Part shown: positions 29,367 to 40,452 of the stretch, one piece after another
How the letters are laid out: every line of letters starts with the position of its first letter
Position numbering within the stretch: the first letter of the stretch is position 1
Source of the DNA: Aduncisulcus paluster
Taxonomy: Eukaryota
Assembly: GCA_024181965.1 (NCBI GenBank)
Contig: BQXS01010044.1
Span: 1-41,161 of the forward strand
Length of the DNA: 41,161 nt
Direction of reading: 5' to 3'
Position numbers and translations under genes: made by a program
The notes under the pieces: model-generated
Told to the model about the DNA's origin: nothing
The model's input: only the letters and a program-made list of their open reading frames with translations
Databases searched by the model: none

Positions 29367-32300
29367 TTACTTATTAGTTGTGGATGAACCAATTTCACAT
29401 TCTTTCTTTCTCTTTTCCCAAACACATTCTAGAGCTTCATTAACACTCTCAAAATGAACCATTCCTTTCATTCCCATTGATGCCAAATCAGTACACACAT
29501 TTTCACTCTCTCCAGGAGGTGTGGCACAAACGCACACCACTCTTGTATTTGTATCTTCAAGCTTCTCAGATGGTGATTTGGTTTCCCATGTCCACTCATC
29601 ATTTGGATTGACTAGAGATGATTCCTTGTCTCCTTCTTTCTCCCAGACCCAAAGTGCCTTGAAATAGCATTGTAAAACACCAGCAACTTCCTCTGACGTT
29701 GCCAACATAACTCCCTTGATTCTCTCCTCCACAGGAACCCATTTAGATTCGGTTAGAACACTCTCCATGATGCTACTAGCCTTTTCGTAGGAAGTATCAC
29801 ACTCAGTTGAAATCAAGTTGAAGATGGCCGATCTCTTCGCCTGATCAAGAGCAGAGGAAGAGGACAACAATAGACGGTACCCTTCATTCTCTTCATCAGT
29901 ATCATCAAGAACAGCTCTCATCCCACACACGAGCTCCTTCATATTGGTTACAGAAGAGCAAGAGCACCACACACCAGTGAGTCTTGTTGAGAATCCATAA
30001 CTGTACACGCATCCTTTGCCACGAACTCGACGCCATAACTCTCCTTCACATTGGTTCAAAAGATCGATAGCAGTGTCTATAATAGGGCAGAGAGGAGAGG
30101 AAGTGGTCGGTCTACCTTGTCGATCAAAGAAGGAAGAAGAGGAAGAAGAAGTGTCAGATTTACCGCAGAGCCCACAATAACATTTCTTCCCCTTGCCAAC
30201 TCCCTGACACATAATTCGTTGCACCTTTCCCAAAGATGGGTAAGGAATGTATGAATATAGAGTCGTACCCTCACTGCCACACACTGGGAAAGCCATTGAG
30301 TAAGGACACAAAGGAGGGATTCGGGGATGCAGGAAAGAAGAGAATGGGATATCTGAGCTTTGAGAAATTAGTCCCGAGATGTGTGCATGCCGTTCAGAAA
30401 TATCAGGAGATAAATGAGATACATCAACATCAGGACCGATTCCAAGCATGTTATTTACCATATTCCCTTCGAGTAATTCGTGCAAACACTCCTCAGCATC
30501 AAGAGATGATCCCACTCCACCGCCAAGGTTAAAGGGACCCGTGAGAACGAGGATAGGAGGTCTCACGAACAATTTCTCAAAGGTAGTTTGGATAAGATTG
30601 AACAAATCTTTGGGCCCTAGCTTATCCTGGGGCTGATCAGGTGTGGAAGAAACGGTTGATTCCGATACTCTAGTTGTCTTTTCTGACTGTGCTTCATCAC
30701 CGAGACCAAATATCTCCCAGACATTATGTTTTAAACTCATTCCACAACGTTTTGACACAAGATCATGCGTAAGATCACGAATAAGAACGTTAACTAACAA
30801 AGAACAAAGATAACCACTCACGGCAAGCATTCCTTCCCACCGAAGGTTTAGCCTATTTGAAGACGAAGTTATGATAGAGTTGTCAAAGTTCAAAGGAGCA
30901 AAAGCCTGCGCAAATAGAAGGGCTAAATTAGTCGAGAGAGTGGAAATAGCACAGTTTGGTTCGGCTTTCTCTCCCTTTTCTATCTCTTTCCTCTTGCTAG
31001 ATACCCCTCTATCCAAGCGATTTCCAAGACAAGGCACTTTCTTCCAAGGTTTTATCTCAGTGCAAGATATCGACGACTCTTTTGGAATAATACTCGATGT
31101 GACAGTTGAACTCAGACATTGGGGATAGTAGCAACTTGATGACAGAGGAGATGCTCCCATGGCGATACCCATCGAAGAGGACACCGAATGTTCCAAGAAG
31201 ACATTCCTAGCCTGTGATGAAGGGAGATGTGCGATTGTGTATAGTTTCTTGTCATCACCATCACTGTGTGTGTCGTGTTCTTGTGTCATGTGAGAGTTAT
31301 TCTTGTTCATGACAACCAAGTCAACACCACTGTCATCAACTGCGTCACACATTATTCCAGTCACACTGCCTTCACGGATGGACATGGCATCTGTGGACAA
31401 AATTAAACGAGATCTGAGGAAGGAAGAAGGGGAGGAAATCACAAGTAGTGGGAAAGGGAGAGATGGCGAGGACATGAGATATGGTTGAGAAATGTACTGC
31501 AAGGAACCNNNNNNNNNNNNNNNNNNNNCTGTCATCAACTGCGTCACACATTATTCCAGTCACACTGCCTTCACGGATGGACATGGCATCTGTGGACAAA
31601 ATTAAACGAGATCTGAGGAAGGAAGAAGGGGAGGAAATCACAAGTAGTGGGAAAGGGAGAGATGGCGAGGACATGAGATATGGTTGAGAAATGTACTGCA
31701 AGGAACCAGAAGAAGTGGATACACAGACACTTCTGGATTGTGAAATGAAAGCCCAAGTATCTATTTTGGGAGACAACTGAGAAAGTTGATGAGAAGGAGT
31801 GATTATTCTTGTAGCGTCAATTCCCATTCTTGCATATAATATCCACTGTAATTTGGTTGTCGATATATTGAGAGGGTTTGGAAGAGGATTAATAAGTTCT
31901 TTACATAATTTAGGCAAATCTTTTGTGTCTTTCTCAAGTTTCATTGCTCTGACATTCTCTTCTCTCTCTTTAGCTTCTTTCTCGATTTTAGAAAGAGAAG
32001 CCAACTCAGATTCCCATTGTTTTTTGATAAGTTTCTTCCTTTTCTCAATGCTTTCCTTGATTGCTTTGCTTTTTTCCTCACATGGTAAAGAAAGAAGGAC
32101 AAATGATGGGTATGGGATTGGAGAATGTGTAGTATCTTGTTCAGTACTAAAAATAGATTCAGACTCTGATTTCTCCTTTGTCACAATCGAATTATCATTC
32201 ATACACATGAATCTCTTCCGAATATCTTCCCATTGAGATACATCCCAAGAGGCCAACTCAGTGTAACTAAGCAGGGAAAGGGAGGGAGGGTGGTGATGCG

Positions 32301-34913
32301 AACTCATAGAGACCGTAGACTTGGTCTTACCACCACTAGAGATAGAAGAGTGTCTTTTAAGTAACGATTCTTTCTTCTCTTCTTCTTCTTCTTCTTCTTC
32401 TTCTTCTTCTTTTNNNNNNNNNNNNNNNNNNNNAGAAGGACAAATGATGGGTATGGGATTGGAGAATGTGTAGTATCTTGTTCAGTACTAAAAATAGATT
32501 CAGACTCTGATTTCTCCTTTGTCACAATCGAATTATCATTCATACACATGAATCTCTTCCGAATATCTTCCCATTGAGATACATCCCAAGAGGCCAACTC
32601 AGTGTAACTAAGCAGGGAAAGGGAGGGAGGGTGGTGATGCGAACTCATAGAGATCGTAGACTTGGTCTTACCACCACTAGAGATAGAAGAGTGTCTTTTA
32701 AGTAACGATTCTTTCTTCTCTTCTTCTTCTTCTTCTTCTTCTTCTTCTTCTTTTTCTCCCTCTTCTTGAAATTCAACCTTTTCGTGCCAATTACCTGACA
32801 CTACGGCATCTATAAGAATCTCGGCCAAAGAATAATGGGGGTCACGCTCACAATCTCTCTCAATCTCACATCTCTCTCTAAGGGCTTGGTTCCTGAGCAG
32901 AGATACAGGAATGAGTAAAGACGGAGGAAGAGGAGAATGTCCATTATTTTCTCCTTCTTCTTTCTCTTCCTCTTTCCGCCTTGCTTCTTCTTTCCGCCTC
33001 TCTTCCTCTTCTTTCCGCCTCTCTTCATCCGAGACAACACGAACTTGTCGTAATACCTCCATACATACCCCAATACATGCCTCAACATTTGTTTTGTCAA
33101 CATCTTCAATGCACAGCACAAGGGAAGAGGAGGAAGGACGTGGTGGGCAGTCTCTAAGTTCACTAGACACACAAGCACTTGGGGAAATGGGAGATTCTTC
33201 GTGTGTTAAGGGGGACATAATCTTTTGTTTTGGTGACAAACACTCGACATTCAGACTTCTCTTCACTCTTTCTTTCCATCCCAGCCCTTCCCAAGCTCCC
33301 CCTCCAAAGCCAAACCTATCATCAGAGGATACAGAGGAAGATAGAGGGTGAGCTGGATATGTTGGAGAAGATAGGGAGAAGAGAGAGGGGTGTATGGTCG
33401 ATGGTGTATGATAATCAGGGGTTTTAACAGTAGATGATTGAGAACATTCTTCAACGAAAGAAGGAGAAGAGGAAGTTGCAGATTCATGAACCTCTTCCTT
33501 TCCCTCTCCTTTCTCTTCTTCTTCCTCTTCCTCTTCCTCTTCCTCTTCCTCTCCTTCTTCGCGATGAGTATCTTGCTCTTCGGAGGAGACTTCACAGAGC
33601 CCAACACGACGTCCTCCAAGAGCAGCAGACAAGGGACTTGTGGGGAGATCTGTGAGGGCAGAAAGGAACAAAGAGGCAGCCACAAAGTTAATATAATCAG
33701 CATGATCACTCTCCTTGTCAGCGGATATAGTAGAAGATTCATCTTTCTCAATATTCTTTAAATAGCGAATGACCTTTCGTTCACTTTGAGTCCTTTCTAT
33801 ACTCCATACAATATTGATTTCTCCTTGAGATGTCGTCTCTGGTGCTGGGAATGTTATAGAAAATATTGGAGGTAAAGAATCCAAAGAATGACCAAAATCA
33901 GAACGTTGTCCAATACCCATTCCATCTTGATTTAAGGAAGAAGAATATGGTTTATAACCGTACTTTGCAAGATGTTCAAGGGATTTGTCAGTAAAAGTAT
34001 GTAAGGAGACATCAGAGAGATTGCGCAATTTGAAAGTAGAGGGTTGACCAGGGATAAAATTAAGAATATTATTTGAACCACTCTTGGCAATAGCTTCAAC
34101 GTGTGAAGCAGGGATTATAGCTCTTGGAAGAGGAGGAATGGAAGAAGGCTCTCCAAGTTCCCATTGTTGAAGTGAACTAAGAACCCTTTCATGATCAACA
34201 CCACCAACAATGCATAAATAAGCCCTATCAGCACGATAGAATAAACTATGTGTTGACCGGATAAGCTCAGGGGTTAGGGAGGATAGATGGACGGCAGAAC
34301 CCCAACATGTGTATCCACCTGGGACGAAAGTTTTAACTTCTTGTCCACCTGAATCTTTGAATTGATCGGTCCCATTCCGAAGAACATGGCTTAAATATTG
34401 GATGGCAGTGGAGGTAAGATCATCCTGGGCATTCTCCTGAGTAATAATTTCGCTGAACACAACACCACTCTCTTCGCCATGCTTATCTATCCCATACAAC
34501 TCTGTCTTCATTCCAGAAGCCTCGAGGGAGGGATGAAATACGTGATCAAGGTAAATAGGGAGAAGGGACAGAGCTCCTTCTTCTCCAGCAGTTGTATAGG
34601 TATATACGGTCTCTGTGGCAGTAGTCCACGCATTTGTTCCTGTTGTTAAACACAGATTAGCTGCATTATCAAGGAGACCTCTTTGAGAAAATTTCTTAGA
34701 ACCAAGAAATATCATATGTTCCAACGCATGGGGAATTCCTCGTTCATCAAGGGGTATTGTTGGAATGACAATGAATACTGATACATTTGGCCATTCTCCC
34801 TTATTTCCTGCAAATAAAACATCCATTTTTGTTTTTGAACTTGTATAGGAGCAACAAGAAACATTGGAGTAAGAAAAATCCGTTTTCTTCCTCCAATACT
34901 CAAAAGGATTCAT
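29367..34913 (-). CDS. M16 zinc metallopeptidase, SDD3/YOL098C (C05D11.1)-like subfamily; a single gene split by two gap duplications
   Basis: PHALEHMIFLGSKKF (HXXEH), GTNAWT, YTTAGEEG, LPIYLDHVFHP, GVVFSE and C-terminal GELWRRVRGKG. Removing 341 and 199 nt of duplicated sequence plus gaps joins the three ORFs in frame (~1,668 aa). Confidence 0.88.
31330..31707. other. Assembly artefact: 20-N gap (31509-31528) with duplicated flanks
   Basis: 31330-31508 is repeated at 31529-31707. Confidence 0.92.
32093..32754. other. Assembly artefact: 20-N gap (32414-32433) with duplicated flanks
   Basis: 32093-32413 is repeated at 32434-32754 with one mismatch (gagacc/gagatc). The contig breaks at a (TTC)n poly-Glu tract. 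Confidence 0.92.
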
Positions 34914-35325
34914 TTTAATGTCTTTTATAATTTGATTGATTTACAATATCCATGATACGGATGATGGCAAGTCCAATCCTTGATTAAGAAGTATATAGAT
35001 AGTCAGAAAAACTTTTCATGATGTTTTTAATATTATCTTATATATATCTACAAATTGGCATTATAATATTACGACAATCCTTTATAATTCGCGAGATAAA
35101 CCTATTTTATCATTTGATCCTAATATCAAATGATATATACTTTCAATATTTTATAATCTTCCAGATAAATGGATATCAGCAACAAGATATTACCTACACA
35201 CTTGAAACAAGAAGGAAGAAAGAATTGTTGAATAAATGATGATTTTGTTCTAGGGGAATATACATTAAAGTGTAAAAACATTTATTAAATCAAATATATT
35301 GAAAAACTAAAGAATATATATCTCT

Positions 35326-37976
35326 ATGGACAGTATATCACGAGAAAAAAAACAAACTCGCCGGAAAGGCCATAAAAAGTCTAGGCGGGCAAAGTTTCGA
35401 CAACAAGGCATTCAACTGGTATCAAGTGCCTTAAATAGTTATATTTTTCAATGTGGAATTAAGAAAGAGCGTACAGAGCGAGAAAAGGCCTTAATTCATA
35501 ATATTATTCAATTTTCCCATGGTTCTTCTTCAATATTCCCATCATTACCTATTCATTATATATCAACAAGTTCAAAGCATTCCACCAATCCTCTAACCAA
35601 GCTTTCGCTCCAATTTGAAGTTTCAAAGGCCGATCTAGCAAATGCTGAATCGCGCTCCACTCCCTTTCCCCATGAAATTATTTCTGCTCTTGATGTGCAT
35701 TCTGACGATAGCGAAGAAGATATTGAAGATGAAGAGGAGATAACTTTCTCAGAGGATTCATCATCAACTTCAACATCGTCATTCTCCATTTCTGAAGCTG
35801 TTGCAGCCCATATCTTATCAATTCACCCTTCAATGTTGGTTGGAGAGAAGAAAGTATGCTTCGTGAGTGGATGGGCTGACTCTGAAGAGAGCTCTGATGA
35901 TTCTTCCACATCTTCCACATCTTCCACCAAAGAATCCAAAGAATCAATATCAGTGAGCGATACTAACTCAGATTCTGATCAGTATGGTGGAAAACGTTCT
36001 TCTATATCGTCCTCTCATAGTTCTGATTACAATGAAGTTTCTTCTCAATCTTCCTCTGAGACTATTCATCGTGATACATTCTTGTCACAATTTTTATTTA
36101 AATTCGATAAAAAAAGAAGGAAGAAATCATGGATATCTGATGCTTTGTCTTGGGTTACCCAGAAAGTATCCAGACTATGGAACATTAGAAGGAAAGGAAA
36201 GAATAGAGATACATCCGAAAAGCATCATTCTTCGCTCTCTGGTGAACGTGCTGGACGTCCTGAAGGTGTAACACCGGAAAGAGTAGCCTCGCTTTCGACA
36301 TCTTCTTCAATACAAATCGGTGCGATTATTAAAAATAGCACAATCGGATTGAACTCCCCTTATGTTGTTCCCCGTTCAGATACACCTAAAATCGGTGATA
36401 TTCTACACCTTCATTCTCAAGTATCTATAATTATACCCTCTACTCAACCTCAATCTTTATCTCAGGTAGTTTCCCCTGTTCCTTCCTCTGGGTTGGCCTT
36501 TACTCTTATCCTTCCCCGCTTCTNNNNNNNNNNNNNNNNNNNNCATCTTCTTCAATACAAATCGGTGCGATTATTAAAAATAGCACAATCGGATTGAACT
36601 CCCCTTATGTTGTTCCCCGTTCAGATACACCTAAAATCGGTGATATTCTACACCTTCATTCTCAAGTATCTATAATTATACCCTCTACTCAACCTCAATC
36701 TTTATCTCAGGTAGTTTCCCCTGTTCCTTCCTCTGGGTTGGCCTTTACTCTTATCCTTCCCCGCTTCTTATCGCCTGAAGTCTCCAATTTCTCCTCTTCT
36801 TCCTTGCCAACTCAGTTTGTTGAGACTGCTTTACTTAATGCTTTCTTCACAGTTCCACGTGCAGGTCTGCGTCTTTCTTCTGAGGGATCTCTGGCCCAGC
36901 CGAGCAAGTCTAGAATCCTTTCCCATCCAAGCTCAGCAGCTTTCTCTTCTCTTTTCCCGATCTTCACCTCCGTGGCTTCCATATCTTCCTCGGTACATTC
37001 AGATGATATCCAGTATCCAGGTGATATGCAGTATCAAGGAGACGATGATGATTACATCGGACATGTTGATGAGATTGGTGGAATAGTACAACCTCAGATG
37101 CGTATGATATCACGTGTCGATTCGGCTTCATATGTAGGCCCGTATGGTCGTGTGAGTCCAACCTCAATTCCAGTGATCGGAGAGCTTCAAACACCAATGT
37201 CCACACATTCATACAAGAATCTCTTCTCTCCAACCCTTGATGATGTCTTCATCACGGGAGAAATATCTGTCAGGGTCACTTTATGTGGTGGTGTGGTGTT
37301 AACAACTAATAACAGCGAAGAGAGTGACATGCAACGACAAGAAAAGCTTGTTCGGTCGCTATTCCCGATATCTCCATCCCTTTCTCTCGATCGAGTGTAT
37401 GATACAAAGGTGATGCTTGCAAAACTTGTATTGATCCCCGGTGTTAAGCCTCCTACCTCACCCTCCTCTTCACCGTCTGTCAGTGATCTGGACTTGTCAT
37501 CGGCTGGTTCGACTGGAGAGCCTCATCATCATTTTGGAAGGGGAGGAGGAAGAGAGAGAGATGAGGATGAGGAAGATGGGTTTAAAAGAGGGACGAGTAT
37601 GCTGTCTTCAAGCGATAGCACCCTATCTTCTTTGGGAATAATTAAAAAGGGGGCCGTGAGAAGCCATTTATTCCCTCTCAGAGCATTGGCCATCGCTTCT
37701 TTGTATTTTGATAGACTTTGCCGGAGTGGAGTTGTTACAAACGACCGTACAAGGGTGGTTATGTGTGCTTGTCTCTCAATAGCTCTAAAAATAGAATGTT
37801 ATGAGTATAAAAGCATCCTGAAAGTCGGATGCTCAAAACTTGGAACAAATTATCGAACAGTGTTGAAACAAGAATTGCCAATATTATTCTTTTTTAATTG
37901 GAAACTTTATCCACCAAGGGAAGTCGTCTGGAAAGAAGCGAATTTACTTCTTGATATCGTTGGGTATGATCATTGA
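35326..37976 (+). CDS. CABLES-type cyclin-box protein with a long Ser-rich N-terminus; a single gene split by a gap duplication
   Basis: C-terminal ALAIASLYFDRL...VMCACLSIALKI...LKQELPILFFFNWKLYPP parallels the CABLES cyclin box. Removing 245 nt joins both ORFs (~801 aa). Confidence 0.75.
36299..36768. other. Assembly artefact: 20-N gap (36524-36543) with duplicated flanks
   Basis: 36299-36523 is repeated at 36544-36768. Confidence 0.92.
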
Positions 37977-37999
37977 AGAGTGCTGGCATTAACTGTTTT

Positions 38000-38198
38000 T
38001 CAGTCCGACTGATCTGAATTTCAAATATCTGAAGAAATAGAAAGTTTGTGCCACAAACTGTGGCAGTGCCAGAGACTTTGTGAAGCTTGAAGCTTCTAAT
38101 ATATTGCAATAAATTCAGTTTTTTGCACTGTCGTAGAAAATCATTATACGTGGTGCAAATAATTTGTTCCTTGGAAATTTTGAAGCAAAATTTTTGCT
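38000..38198. repeat. Palindrome array upstream of the Myb gene
   Basis: TCAGTC-c-GACTGA, AGTTTGTG-c-CACAAACT, TGGCA-g-TGCCA, GAAGCTT-g-AAGCTTC, TATTGCAATA, CAAAT-a-ATTTG and AGCAAAA-t-TTTTGCT. Confidence 0.9.
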
Positions 38199-38242
38199 GA
38201 AATTTTAAGTTTGGTTCATAAACCAAAAAATTAAAGAAAATC

Positions 38243-39289
38243 ATGTCAACCCTTTTCTCTTTTTCTGGAAATGATTGGAAAGAAACGCAAATTTCAACAT
38301 TAAAAAAGCTTGTATTAACTCAAAGATCTTCTTCTTCTCATGGTCGTGTCAATTGGATTCAAATTGGAAAAATTGTTGGTAAATCAGCATCACATTGTCG
38401 TTTTATGTTCAATTTATTGCATCCTCCTTCCGTAAAACATCAACCACCTCCAGAATTTGTTGTTTTCCCAAAATCATATGTGACACCCAATCCAAAGATC
38501 TATGGAAGAGAAATTGTTAATCAACCTCGAACACATCTTGCTTGGACTGATGAAGAGGTTTTTCAATCTGTGTTTCTTTATAGTCGACTTGAGAACAAAT
38601 GGAAGAGCTATTCTGCCTATGCCTCCCTTCTTTCCAGAAGAGCGACTCAAATTAAGTGTAAAATATTTAATTTGCGTTCGAAAAATTCTCTAGATTTTTC
38701 TCTTGAAAAGGTAAAAGATATAATTACGAAGGCTGGACTTTCTTGGAAATTATGTTCGATAAAGCAGGGATTGATCGCACTAGGTGTCAATTATAACTCT
38801 CCAAAGGTTGTTCCACCTCCTATTCCAAAGCGTCATCGGGCTGTATATGATTATGAATCTTGGCATGAAAAATCTGAACCCAAACCCACTGAAATCTCTC
38901 ATTCTGTTAAGTTAGATCCGGAATCCCACAAATCTGATGAAAAAAATGATGTATTATTGGATGAAGAAAAAGATTCTCCCACAGATCAGCATGAATCTGC
39001 CATATCAGATCCTCATGAATCATGTGCTATCTCTCCTCATGTCACAGCGAGCCCATCTCCCTATTCATCTCAACCTATTTCAGGAATTGACTCATTGGGT
39101 GGATCAATTCTTTCAGTTGAAGCCCGTGGAAGTCTCAAACAATCAAGAGTTAAGTTAACCGAAGAGAAGGAAGAGATAGCGTCTTCATCCATCTTCCACT
39201 CTTCTCATGAATCTCTGAGTTGGGAGGACAGTTTTGATACATTCTTTCCTCGTTTGACAATTGAAAGGGTGGTTGACGAATTGTTATGA
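38243..39289 (+). CDS. Myb/SANT-domain protein (two repeats)
   Basis: WKETQISTLKKLV...NWIQIGKIVGKSASHCR and WTDEE...NKW...RRATQIKCKIFNL, followed by an acidic/Ser-rich tail. Confidence 0.75.
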   Translation: MSTLFSFSGNDWKETQISTLKKLVLTQRSSSSHGRVNWIQIGKIVGKSASHCRFMFNLLHPPSVKHQPPPEFVVFPKSYVTPNPKIYGREIVNQPRTHLAWTDEEVFQSVFLYSRLENKWKSYSAYASLLSRRATQIKCKIFNLRSKNSLDFSLEKVKDIITKAGLSWKLCSIKQGLIALGVNYNSPKVVPPPIPKRHRAVYDYESWHEKSEPKPTEISHSVKLDPESHKSDEKNDVLLDEEKDSPTDQHESAISDPHESCAISPHVTASPSPYSSQPISGIDSLGGSILSVEARGSLKQSRVKLTEEKEEIASSSIFHSSHESLSWEDSFDTFFPRLTIERVVDELL

Positions 39290-39962
39290 TCGTTAACAAA
39301 TATTTTTTCACATATCTTTTTGTTGACAGGTTCTCTTTGAAGAACTACAAAACATAATTTTTGCGATACTTATATATTTGATTTTATCTTATTTATTTTT
39401 ATCTTTTATATGGTTAATTTTCTCATGTTGTCATGAAATTATCAACCATTTTCAATGTCTTTCTCCTAATTTCTCCATTTCTTTTAAAATGCTATAATTA
39501 TCTTAATTATCGAGTTTTTTTTAATATATTATATATATTGATTGTGATGTTCTTTACTAGGTGTCTATTTTTTCAATAATGATTACTTTAAAACTAATTG
39601 GAAGATTTTCTTTTCACGTTTCTTCTTTCCAACGTACTCTTACTGATGCTTTCAGAATGCTCTGAAATATCTTTATGCTATCCTCTTAATGTCTCTCTTT
39701 ATCAGCTGCCTAAAATAGACCATACACAAACTAATTTTAAGAATCTTATTTTTTTCTTTGTCTTTCTTCTTTCTCCTTTGCGAAATGATTTGTTCTCTTG
39801 TTTGCGACTCTTTTTTTCAGGCCTAACTATTAACATTAGCAATGTCATATGTCCTTTTCTCTATTGTGTTCATCCACATATGGCATGGCTGCGTAGCTTT
39901 TTCGTTGACTTCCAATCAATTGAAAACCCCGAATACTTACTAACTTAATTAATGATTATTTG

Positions 39963-39966
<4 letters not shown>

Positions 39967-40003
<37 letters not shown>
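39967..40003. repeat. (TA)n microsatellite, ~18 units
   Basis: Perfect TA run seen directly. Confidence 0.95.
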
Positions 40004-40005
<2 letters not shown>

Positions 40006-40452
40006 ATATTATTGGCTCCTGTTTTTCTATCAACACATGACGAATGATTGCTATACCGTACTGTACTATTGCTTGTTAGCGGTTGTGTGTTATTTGTATT
40101 TTTGTCTTTTTAATAGAGGCTGTATTTTTTCTTAATTTTTCTGGTTTTTGAGTTTATATTTACGGTATAAATATATTATTAACCCTGGTATTTTCCTTAT
40201 TTTCATCGCTATCACATGATTTTTTGTTCTCTTTACATAATAATACTCTGTAATGAACTGTATCAAATAATAAATGGCCAAATCTGAATATCATTTTGAT
40301 TTCTGACAATATTACGGACTCCATGAAGTTCATGGCATGAACTCGAAGTGGATCTTCGCGACACGAGTGAAATATGGAATAAATAATGTTTAAGAATTAA
40401 TTGTTTCAATGGTGATCCACAATATTGAATTTTGATGCGATAATAAATATAG

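Noticed and set aside
205-39289. Stop-codon reassignment (none of the 11 genes ends in TAG)
   Set aside because: Long ORFs, including the 12-kb one, contain no in-frame TAG or TAA, so the standard code suffices.
7267-40343. CRISPR array, REP elements or intrinsic terminators as an explanation for the palindromes
   Set aside because: The context is eukaryotic, the arms share no sequence, and there is no regular spacing or consistent U-tract.
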